Counted from the stretch's first letter, positions 26,101 through 36,479 are shown. The stretch is 64,000 nt of DNA from Takakia lepidozioides (GCA_030704615.1 CM060731.1:16058001-16122000), one strand, 5' to 3'. Notes: a model not told the origin generated them from the letters alone. Program-made: numbers and translations.

Positions 26101-29100
26101 CTTCTTCTCTTTGCTCTCCAAGGTTCTTGTGGCTTTTGTTTATTTCTGCTCTGTCACATGGACCCTCTGGGTGTCCCTCGGTCTTCTCTATTTTTTGATG
26201 AAAGGGGCAGGATCCCACCTCAAACTGTTATAGAAGACCTCTACATGTAATAACTTAGAAAAGCATAAGAAAGCTACAGTTTGAAGAAGCTGAAATGGCA
26301 ATGAAAGATGGAGCCGAAGCCTTCCAGAACTAGCTGGAGACATGAGCTCTCTCCACCAGCACAAAGGACAAGGAGCTGCTCCAAAGGTCTCAAACAAATG
26401 CCCTTGTAAAACCACAAGTGTTAAGGGTCTGGAACTAACTTGAAGCAGATGCAACCTCCACCAGCATGCCACAGCACTGGGAGGCAGCCCCAGTTTCAAC
26501 ATTACATGAAGCACTTGCATACCTAGCCAAAAGGCCAGAAATGTCGAGCGAAGATTAAGGGATCTTCACTCTTGAACACCAATGGCAGGTCATGTAGGCT
26601 ACTGAAGATAGCAGTTTAAGGCAAAATGACTCTAAAAAGGAACTCCTGACCTTGGTTCTGGGGTCAACCTGAGCCTCCATCTTAGTTTCCTTTCAGGGTC
26701 AGAAAGGATAGAAGCCCTCTTGCTCATGGCTAGCATTGACATTTAGTTTTGAAGGGAAATGCTTGGGAGTTTACCTGAACAACTCAGTCCAACTTCGTGC
26801 AGCAATTTAAGCAGGATTTTTAAGATTCTCTGAGGAAATGCACATAAATGTTGGGGTAAAACTTGGATGCCCAGTCTTGCCCACTCTCTCCCAGAGCTGA
26901 TTGGTTAGTCCTCCTCAGTATACAACTTTTGTGAGGGGAGACCACTTCTTTTTCTTCTGCTCAGTATACAATGAGATAAGGGCAACTTGCTGTCCTTCCT
27001 ATTCAAAGGTCTTCAGTTACAAAGGCCAGAGCCATTAGCAAACCTACATGGAGCTTGGCCTCTAAACATTTTGAATGAAGCCGTCCAGAGCTTAAGTGTT
27101 TGAGACGGTTTCTGGTGTTGGAAGTCTTTTGGATCTACCATCTATACGCTATTCGCGCTTCCAGTAAAACATAAACTTTCTCCTCCTTTTCTCTACCTTC
27201 TTTTGTTCTTTCTTTCTTTTAGAGCACTTCTTCTTCTACTGCCCTCTATACTACGAGATCCGTGGGAGATTCCACTGTTTATTCAGTGGAACCCAAACTC
27301 TCACTGATGTCTTCCACTATGAGGATAAAAAATGCTTGGCAGCCTACCTGCATGAGGCCTTGACCTTTAGACAATCGCTAGAACATTAATTGTGGTTCAT
27401 GTTTTCTTCCATTTTGTCCCATAAGCTCTATGAGCTTTCCGCAGACATTATAAAGCACCATTTCATTTCTCTCTATGAGGATAAAAAATGCTTGGCAGCC
27501 TACCTGCACGAGGCCTTCACCCTTAGACAATCGCTAGAACATTAATTGTGGTTCATGTTTTCTTCCATTTTGTCCCATAAGCTCTATGAGCTTTCCGCGG
27601 ACGTTATAAAGCACCATTTCATTTCGTTTCATTTCATTTCCCTTCGATTGCCCTTGAGCAGTAGTTGCTTTTGGGCTGTTTTTTGGCTCTGGTTTTGTTT
27701 CCTCTCTCTTGTTTTTCCATTTGTCCCATAAGCTCTTTGAGCTTTCCGCGGACGTTATGAAGTACCATTTCATTTCATTTCATTTCCTTTCCTTCAAGAT
27801 GCAAGATCAAAAGCATGATTATTTTCATTTAGTTGTAGCTAGATTGATAGAACGGTGTAAATCTGTTATTTCCTGCTTCCACCTGGAACTTTTGAGCTTG
27901 TATTTAAAACACTCTATGTGGGGATGCAGCAAAGCTGTGACATGGATTTGCTGATAAATGATGAGGAACTGGATCATGCCTTGAAACGATTGGCTGAGGG
28001 GCTTGTAAAGGAGCGGTTCCGCACTGCATGGGTGTATGGACAGCTTTCACATGAGAAGAAGGTTGGCATGAATACTCAGGGCGAGTTTGTGCAGATGGAG
28101 GAGAATGAAAAGACTAATGTAGCCACCCTGCAACAATTGGTAGAGGTAAGATTCTATTACTTGACAGGAGAAAAAAGGTGGCATGCATGCTGTGAAATAA
28201 TAATGTGTGGCACAGTGGCTATGGGGAGGGAAGATCTCAGGACTAGCGGTGTCCAGGTGGGCACCCTGACATTGGTTTTCATCCTTGCTGCATGATGCTA
28301 TCTGGAATGGTGCTCTTACAAGTCTAACCTGTGATTTAGAGACAATAGGCTTACACCAAAGGCAATGGTGCTTAGCTTAATACATATGGTCCTATTTCTT
28401 TGGTAATAGCAAGCAGGAAGCGATGGTATACAAACATGATTTGGCAACTGGTGTCACATACAGTTGTATTATGTAATAAGTCCTACCATGACCATATGGG
28501 GTTGTCGCTTCAGGAGAACGAGAAGCTGAAGAAGCTAGTTCTGGAGGTGGATTATCAGCGTGCATTCACCAAGCAGCTCCTATTGGAAATGGATGAAAAG
28601 AGTGAGTCTCTCCTGCAGGATCACAAGAAGCAACAGACCATGTCCATCGTCCGTCACCTGAAGATCCAGGAGGTCTGTACAGCTGGTGCCCCATTATATT
28701 TTTCATTTAAATGCATTTTGGCCACACATGTTGCATATGGATGGAGTTGCACCAATGGATGGGTAGTGATTTTGGACCCTGCTTGCAGTCCTACAGTGAC
28801 AGTCAAGTGGTTCTATGAGCTTTCCGCGGACGTTATAAAGCACCATTTCATTTCATTTCATTTCCTTTCATTTCATTTCATTTCTCCTGTCCTAGGTCTG
28901 TACAGCTGTTGTTTGTTTGAATGCATTTGGCCACACATATGGTGGAGTTGCACCAATGAATGCCCCTAATCTATGAGATTTTTGCATCTCCGTTCTTTCC
29001 TGGTGTTGGGACTTACTAAGGGTTAGAAGAAAGTGAAGGCTGAAGCTTAATTGTGGTTCTTAGAATGATTTGGAAATTCTGTAGGATTAACACTCAAGCG

Positions 29101-31553
29101 CATGTGGCAGTTGCTGGAAAAGAGGGACCCAATGGAAGCAGAAGTGCAGGGATTGCGCTTTCAGCTGCAAGAGATGGGGCGTCATCAGGTGCAGTTGGAC
29201 TGTTTTCAAAATGCTCTAACACAACAAAAAGTTAACGCAAAGACATCAACTCTCTTGCAGGCATAATCTGGGCTGATGGGTGATGGCCATTATCTGCACT
29301 TGTGTTGTTTATGACCATCTTGCCCTCCCTCTCTATTCTTTGCTGAGATGAAATGGTGCAAGGCCACAGATTTGCGTTAAAAATCAAAGAAGAAACAGAA
29401 ATGTTGTCCAACACCTTGGTGGGCCAAGGAAAATCCCAGGCAGGGATTCTAAGGTCCAGCCTCCCACAAAAGATTTTGACCAGAGGCCAGGATGGAATGA
29501 TGAAGTCAGTCAGCCAGACATATTGTTAGGTATTTTTGTGCTTAGTTGGCTAGTGACTCCTTAACCTGTTATTGATGAGCCATAAGGAAAATGGAGGCCA
29601 CAAGAGAGACCTAATCCTGCATGAAGAATGTTAAGATGTGAGATGTGCAGTGGAGAGGATTTTGAGTACCTTTCAGATGCAGTTCATGATGTGTTTCTGG
29701 ATGTCTTTTCCTACTGAGCAGGCAGGCCATATGAAGGATATGAAAGAGGCTGGTAGACTGGAACAGCAGTTGAAGGCAAAATCGAGAGTCCAAGAGACCC
29801 AGATGAAACAGCTGCAGCACAAGCTCCTTGAGCGGGAATCCTTTATCAACACATTTTCTCACACACTGTGCCAGATTATTGAGGATCATGATGAGACAGA
29901 GTGGTCAAAACTCACCAAGGACCTCTACATGGTCTATGTTGCTGATGTCCACCTTGCAATGAATTCCGAAGGTTTTGAATCCCAAGAGCAAATACTGCAC
30001 CAACGGTAAATCATAGCTGCCTTGTGCAAGTTCTTACATCTGAAGTAGTCAATCTGTCAATCGGTTTTTGAGATTAGATTTCAGAATGGCCCCCATGAGC
30101 TTCAGGCCCTAGGATCCAACAGAAGCAAAGAACAAAACTTGGCAGCTCTGCACTAACAGTGTGCTCCATAGTGATTCTTTAAATGGTTATTTAGCAGGCT
30201 TGTCCAGGTGCACTTTGCAGCCTCATGCTGCATTGTCTTGTGACTGGACATGCCCATGTAAGACTGAAATGCCCAGTGCTGTTTGGTCACCTTGAACCAT
30301 GATGTGTTGGAATGACTCAACCTCACTTAGTTATATAAGTCCTTATTTTAACTGGTATGCATAACCTTATGCATGTTGGGCCAGGAAAACACTCGAAAGA
30401 TTTGTGGTGGTGCTGCAGGAGGCAATCACTCGGAAAGACAAGGAACATGCACGTGAAGCACTGCGGTTTGTCCAGGAAAACTTGCGTCTGCTCCATGAGT
30501 TCTCTGACTCCACCCGAAATGTCCGACGCTTGGCTTTTCTGGTTAAGGAGCTCCAGGTATTGTAGGGCCCTGAGTTTGTTTATGGACTTATAACTCATCT
30601 GATGCATTTGATAGATCAATCTGAGGAGCCTATGCACCTAATCCTTCTCCTTCCTTTGCAAACACTTCAGACTTATATGACTTCTGGGAATGGTCCAGTA
30701 AAGTCTTTACCGTTGAAAATGCGTCTATTGGACGATTGGTGTGAACTTTGTTTTTTGGTCAGATGACTTTTGGGGTGTCTTCGTGTTTTGTCAATTGTGT
30801 GACATACTGTTCTCATATCAATAGGTCTTTTGGTGGTAAAGTTGAAGGCTTCCAGTTTCCCATTCCTACTCTTGCCAGTTATGATTCTTTTGTAAAATAT
30901 TCTAATAAGATCTGGCTGGGAACCTTCTGCAGGGAGAAGTGGCGTACTTCAAGGCAGTTGCTGCAAAGCACATATCTGCAACTTCTTCCACCCTCTCTCG
31001 AATGTCTCAGTCAAGGATGAGCACATCTAGCCCCCCTCCCAATCAATGTCGTTCACAATCAGTCCTTAGCAGACAAATCTCAAGGTTTTCTTCACCTTTG
31101 CCCCCTCAAAATATAAGTGTGAAATTTGACCCTGAGGCTTCTGTCCTTGAGCAGCTGCGAAAGCAAACAAAGTCAACCACCCCTATATCTCAGATAATCA
31201 AACCTTACATGCACCGGGGGTCTATAGCAAGACATACATCCATGCGCCACAGCATGACACGGCCATTGTCAACGGAGCCTGAAGGGCATCAGTGGTCTGT
31301 GAGCACCCCTGATGTTTCCCTTGCCTTGGCCGTGAGCAAACATGAGCTCAAGAAAAAAGAGGAAGAGATTGAACAGTTATACACAACTCTACACCGCCTC
31401 TCTGCCCACCCATACTTAACTCCAGAAAATCAACTAGCTGGAGTTGCTTCAGTACCGACATCTGCAGGAATGGATGACAGCCAATCCAGTAGCACCACTG
31501 GACTTAACAGTGGGGAGTCGTCAGCCAGCACCAGCCAGCCTGCAAGTGCTTAG
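8189..31553 (+). CDS. CFAP57: CFAP57/WDR65 (FAP57)-like cilia/flagella WD40 + coiled-coil protein, multi-exon; 5' end uncertain
   Basis: Exons in the order of CFAP57 motifs (approximate bounds): 13868-13949 (VTHVTVNPEDSEEFGSSG), 14461-14648 (GPTHFKLW...HIWLTDNSIALAT), ~15134-15252, ~18080-18225 (GAVTDMDVCLQRMLIMTCGKDKVVRLWSY), 18781-18876 (FDEEPLAVAISGYQMVVGFSNSIKVY), 19300-19441 (MRWSPSGHMLAV...IIMTLK), 20196-~20520 (GHMAAVSSIAWSSDSIYLSSAGADGTVYSW), ~21070-21236, ~21836-22062. Coiled-coil exons follow at ~23783-23977, 24903-25112, ~27925-28145, 28514-28672, 29722-30005, 30419-30557 and 30933-31553. Tentative 5' exons 8189-8292, 8511-8566 and 8724-8836 join in phase but are weakly supported. 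Confidence 0.8.
8935..10560 (-). mobile_element. Degenerate non-LTR retrotransposon of the (TTTCA)n-tail family, longest copy
   Basis: The minus strand encodes FRV.SHRLWIETEK...CP.C...EIESEEHLFFH...YEIRGR...YEDQK.LAAYLHDALTLR plus the family 3' UTR. Decayed endonuclease-like sequence lies further upstream (weak, boundary approximate). Confidence 0.7.
12450..12760 (+). mobile_element. Ty3/Gypsy aspartic-protease relic
   Basis: Remnants LLIDG..NI and ISMTILQIEDMVSMYRLLLGRAWLQQA resemble the retroviral-type protease motif Y.LLLGRPWL; frameshifted. Confidence 0.5.
13130..13803 (+). mobile_element. Two tandem 3' fragments of the (TTTCA)n-tail LINE family
   Basis: First copy: HDICGRFNCPF...YEDQKWLTAYLHEGLTSRQSLEQ* plus UTR to ~13396. 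Second copy follows immediately: RALGRFRVVSHSHWIEAGK...HFFFHCPHYDEICGRF...LAAYLHEALTLRQSL, UTR and (tttca)n. Confidence 0.85.
17925..18043 (+). mobile_element. 3' stub of the (TTTCA)n-tail LINE family
   Basis: Same UTR motif (cccataagctctttgagatttccgtggatgttatag) and a degenerate tail. Confidence 0.75.
21328..21452 (-). mobile_element. 3' stub of the (TTTCA)n-tail LINE family (antisense)
   Basis: Reverse complement reads cataagctctttcagcttcc...tataaagctcca...(tttca)n. Similar decayed antisense stubs lie at ~24440-24572 and ~9310-9440. Confidence 0.7.
27221..27790 (+). mobile_element. Three head-to-tail 3' fragments of the (TTTCA)n-tail LINE family
   Basis: EHFFFYCPLYYEIRGRFHCLF...YEDKKCLAAYLHEALTFRQSLEH* plus UTR/tail; near-identical repeat at 27474-27640; third stub at 27645-27790. 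Confidence 0.9.
28811..28885 (+). mobile_element. Minimal 3' stub of the (TTTCA)n-tail LINE family
   Basis: tctatgagctttccgcggacgttataaagcacc followed by (atttc)n. Confidence 0.8.
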
Positions 31554-32453
31554 TGATGGAGGGTTGAGGAGCTGATACAATCAGTGCCTCTGGACAGATG
31601 GTGTAAGACAGAGACCTGACTCATCCCTGTATTTTTAATGGTGTGGGCAAGATGTGGAGCTCCACATACAGGGTTCAAAGCTAGCCCACCAGTGATGCTT
31701 GAAGTAATACATGAGGTGTTCCTGGAACTGGTAATGCAAGGAGCCAACCTGCCAGTAGATAACAGTTAAGTTGAAATATGGCTGAGAGATATGTCAATGT
31801 AAACCTACAAAAGCAATTTCATTCAGATTCACAATCCGAAATCAAGAACTGACTGATGTCTCTGATGAATATTGTTGTTGCTTTCCAAAACATCTGTCTA
31901 TTTCCATGGATGTTCTGGTTCTAATCAATTTCATGACATGAGAAGTCTTTGCACAAGATATATTTATATATATGCAAAACACCAAAAGCATTCTTCACAG
32001 ACAAGAAATCTACAAATGGTTTGGGATCTTCAGTTGGTAGACTTGTCTTGTTCTTCGTTTGCAAGATCTGGAGAACCCATCATTTTCCACAATTCCTCTT
32101 CTCAACCTGCAAGAGCAGACTTGCTCCCCTAACCCAAAACCTTAAACTGATTTCTAAATACATAGTGGCATGGTTGATGTTTACTAAACCTGCCTTAGGA
32201 ACCGAATCAACTGGGGGTCTATTGTTGGGCTCATGTGGCCACCCCATGTGTGGCCAACCATCCACTAACTTACATCGTCATCATGTCAACTTTGTCACCT
32301 TCACTCAAGCTGACTTTTTTGGCCAGTAACCAAAAGACATGAAATGAGAGACTCGGAAGCGTCCTACCTGGCTCATCCTGTTGTCCACCCACATCTAAAC
32401 TTTTCAGAAATTTTGGGCAAGTTCTTGGGGTGTCTCGCACTGATCTACAAGAG

Positions 32454-33380
32454 ATGGGTGGCATGGCAGCGCCCGCTCCTGTTCTGCTGAGATAGGTCTT
32501 ATCCATGGTCCTGTCTTGGTCTTGCAGTGAGCGGGCGGGAGATATCACATGCAGAAGGTTAACGGGCCAGGTTGTGGAGCGGAGATGGACATTCAGCTTG
32601 ACGATCCAGGGCCTGAGACCCTTCTGGGTGATGGCTCTGACCACTCCCCAGCTTCGAAGAGACCAAAAGGTAGGGGCGTGGGTTTTTTGGCTTGCTTGTC
32701 TGGGGAGCATAAGTTACAGTCATCTGGGTCGTAGAGTTCCCTTTTCGCTCACAGTAGAGTGTCACTGTCTTCCTTCTACAAGCTCCAGCACTATCTGCGG
32801 AAAATATCCAAAATTTCTGGTAGGTTTCCCTTGCATGAGAGAGGGATGATAGTTATTCTATTCTGGTTTTGCCATAGCCATGTGAAATATGCTCTCTATG
32901 GAAATCCCGCAGAGACTGAGGGAATCAGGTAGTTCTTGCACGTCGGGAAGTCAATGAAGCATGGAACGACTCAGACAGGAATTTTTCTCAGATCCTTCCC
33001 AGTGGTGGGACAACAGGTTCGATAAGGTGAGGGTATCTTCATTCTGCAACGGAATACTTGTTTGACTTGGGATGATCATGTTTTGTGACTGGATTGCATC
33101 AGTGGCAGTTTTGCTCTTTTAGCGGAGTGGGAAGCCTCAAGCTTTGGTATTAGTGTGGGCCATGTTTGAAGTTAGAGCTGCTTATTGCCCACTGGTGCTT
33201 TTCACAGAGAAGTCAAAGATCAAGACATAAGTGCACAAATGAGGGCCTTCAGATTGAGGGTTACTGGAATCCTGCCTCAATTATTGCAGAGTTATCAGCA
33301 ATGATACAAGGGCCAGGACAAAGCGGTGGTGGTGCCAATGGCAGTGTACACCATGGAGCTGCAGGCCGAGAATACAAGAG
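32454..33380 (+). CDS. Upstream exons of the PPR-DYW gene: transit-peptide-like leader (with in-frame stops) and OSB-type PDF motif
   Basis: Exons 32454/32505-32819 (ctg|gtaggt, phase 0), 32913-33026 (cag|aga ... aag|gtgagg, phase 0) and 33208-33380 (cag|aga ... ag|gtattg, phase 2) join in frame to 33659. They encode MERLRQEFFSDPSQWWDNRFDK|RSQRSRHKCTNEGLQIEGYWNPASIIAEL. In-frame stops: TAG at 32493 and TGA at 32955. Confidence 0.75.
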
Positions 33381-33658
33381 GTATTGTCTTGATGGTGATG
33401 CAAGGGTGCCAACTTAAACAGATTCTTTTGTACAGTTATTTGCAAAGCGTATGATTACCATTTGATTTAGAACCCTATTATAATGGAGCAAGGAACCTGT
33501 CCTCTAGAAAGCATCATGAGTTCTGCACGTAAAATATTTTGACGACCTGGAAGACAGTTGTATGTTCTTGAATTGTTATTCTCTGGACTATCTATCTAGG
33601 AGGTTTTAGATATCATCTGAAAATAAGTGTAAAGGTTTGGGTGTTTTATTGCATGCAG

Positions 33659-36479
33659 GATGGCAGGGGTGATTCAGGCACCTTTGTTTGAATCAGGCAC
33701 CTCCACTGCTTTTCAAAGAGGAGCAAGAGAGGGAGTCAACAACAGGTCTTCTCATACTTATGTGGATGTGAGGATATTGTGCAAGGCTGGACATCTAAAA
33801 GAGGCACTGCAGCTTTTGAACCAACAAGGCTTGTCAACAGACTCCAACACTTATGTCTGTCTCTTGCAGGAGTGCATCAAATTTAAGGATCTAGCTGTTG
33901 GGAAGCAGGTGCATGCGCATGCTATCTTCTCTGGGTCCAAGCCAAACACTTTTTTACTCAACACCCTTGTCAACATGTATGCCAAGTGTGGGAGTGTTGT
34001 GGATGCCCGCAAAGTGTTTGACAAAATGCCTGAACGAGATATGTCTACATGGAATATTATGATAGCAGGATATGCCAAGCATGGGTGTGGTACAGAGGCT
34101 TTTATGATTTATGAGCAAATGCACCGGAAAGGGGTAAGCCCCAACAAGATCACATTCATTTGTGCTCTCAATGCTTGTACTACCCCTGGAGCTCTGGAAA
34201 AGGGCAAAAAGGTCCACTCGGACATCATCAAAACTGGAATTGTGACGGAGGTGATTCTGGAGACTGCCATTGCTGACATGTATGTCAAGTGTGGGAGCAT
34301 GAAGGATGCACGTCAAGTTTTTGACAATATGGCTAAACGAAATGTGATCTCATGGAGCGTGATGATCGCAGGATATGCTCAGCATGGCTGTGGTGGGGAG
34401 GCTTTGGAGATCTATGAGCAAATGATACAGAAATGTGTGAAGCCCAACAAGGTGACATTTATCTGCGTTCTCAAGGCATGTGCCAGCCTAGGAATCCTGG
34501 AAAAGGGCAAAGAGGTACATGCTGACATCATCAGAGCTGGAATTCTCCCGTATATCAATCTGGAGAATACCCTTGTGCACATGTATGCCAAGTGCGGGAG
34601 CCTGAAGGATGCACGTGAAGTGTTTGACGAGATGGCTGAACGAGATATGGTCTCATGGAATGCGATGATTGCAGGATATGCTCAGCATGGGTATGGCAGG
34701 GAGGCTTTCGAGATGTATCAGCAAATGCTACGGGAAAGGGTGCCGCCCGACAAGGTCACATTCATTTGTATTCTCAATGTCTGTGCCAGCCTGGCAGCCC
34801 TGGAAAAGGGCAAAGACGTGCATGCTGCCATCATCAAAGCTGGAATTGCACCATATATTAATCTGGAGAATACCCTTGTCAACATGTATGCTAAATGTGG
34901 GAGCATGAAGGATGCACGGCAAGTGTTTGACAATATGGCTCACCGAAATGTGGTCTCATGGAGTGCAATGATTGCAGGATATGCTCAGCATGGTTGCAGT
35001 AAGGATGCTTTTGAGATGTACGAGCAAATGCAACAGCATGGGGTGATCGCCGACAGGGTCACATTCACTTCCATTCTCAATGTGTGTGCCGTCCTGGCAG
35101 CCCTGCAGAGGGGCCAAGATGTCCATGCAGACATCATCAAAACGGGCATTGCACCAGATATTATTCTGGAGAATGCCCTTATTAACATGTATGCCAAATG
35201 CGGGAGCATGAAGGAGGCATGTTATGTATTCAACAGTATGGCTAAACGAGATGTGGTTTCATGGAGTGCGATGATCGCAGGATATGCTAAGCATGGCTGT
35301 GGTAAGGAGGCTTTTGATATGTATGAGGCAATGACATGGGAAGGGTTGACACCTGACAACATCACATTCATTTGTGTTCTCAATGCTTGTGCTAGCCTAG
35401 CAGCCCTAGAAAAGGGCAAAGAGGTTCATGCTGACATCATCAAGGCTGGGGTTGTGCCATGCATTAATTTGGAAAATACCCTTGTTAACATGTACGCCAA
35501 ATGCGGGAGCGTGAAGGATGCACGTCAAGTGTTTGACAATATGAATGAACGAGATGTCATCTCATGGAGCGCAATGATCACAGGATATGGTCAACATGGC
35601 TGTGGCAGGGAAGCTCTCCAAATATTTGAACAAATGCAACAGGAAGGCTTCAAATCAGACACAGTCGCCTTTATATGTCTTCTCTGTGCATGTAGTCATG
35701 TGGGACTGATAGATGAAGGGCATCACTACTTTTATTCTATGAGTCATGATCACAACCTCACTCCCACGGTGGAGCATTTTGGCTGCATGGTGGACCTTCT
35801 TGGTCGTACAGGGCAATTGGATGAAGCAGAGGACCTCATAAACAGAATGCCCATCGAACCAGATGGTTCGGTGTGGGGGGCCTTGCTTGGTGCCTGCAGG
35901 ATTCATGGCAATGTGGAGCTAGCAGAACGTGCAGCAAAATGCCTTCTCAAGTGGGATCCACAAGATGCTGCAACTTATGTGCTGCTCTCGAACATCTATG
36001 CTGCTGCTGGGAGATGGCAAGATACAGCCAAGGTGAGAAAAATGATGCAGGACAGAGGTGTCAGAAAGGAGCAAGGGCTCAGCTCCATTCAAGTGAACGA
36101 CATAGTGCATAAATTCAGTGTGGGAGACAAATTGCATCCAAAAATTGGGGAGATCCATGCTGAGCTGAAGAGATTATCTGAGCAAATGAAGGAGGCTGGG
36201 TATGTTCCTGACACTTGCTTTGTATTGCATGACTTGGAGGAAGAGCAAAAGGAATTGTCTCTTTGCCACCATAGTGAGAAACTGGCCATTGCCTTTGGAC
36301 TCATCAGCACACCCCCCGGGACGCCTGTCCGCATCATCAAGAACCTTAGGGTGTGTGGTGACTGCCATATGGCCATCAAGTTCATTTCGAAGATTGTGGA
36401 GCGAGCGGTTGTGGTACAGGATGCCAACCGCTTTCACCACTTCCAAGATGGGGTCTGTTCTTGTGGTGGTTACTGGTAA
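33659..36479 (+). CDS. PLS-class PPR protein with E1/E2 and DYW cytidine deaminase domain (terminal exon)
   Basis: 939-aa ORF with six ~101-aa L-S-P triplets (MYAKCGS..DAR.VFD.M), P2-L2-S2 and E motifs. The zinc-binding motifs HSEKLA and CGDCH are intact and the protein ends FHHF...CSCGGYW. A splice acceptor gcatgcag|g lies directly before the ATG at 33660. Confidence 0.95.

Noticed and set aside
22200-27050. Further L1-like ORF1/ORF2 relics at ~22200-22960 and ~25700-27050
   Set aside because: Motifs are too decayed to support boundaries or identity without a search.
6121-28885. Dispersed hairpin motif as a conserved ncRNA or regulatory element family
   Set aside because: Longer copies are attached to the LINE ORF2 C-terminus (HF.F.C..Y.EIRGRF...LAAYLHEAL), so they are retrotransposon 3' ends.
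36060-36479. U-to-C (DYW:KP) editing enzyme
   Set aside because: It has HSE and a PG-box-derived sequence rather than KP-clade signatures.
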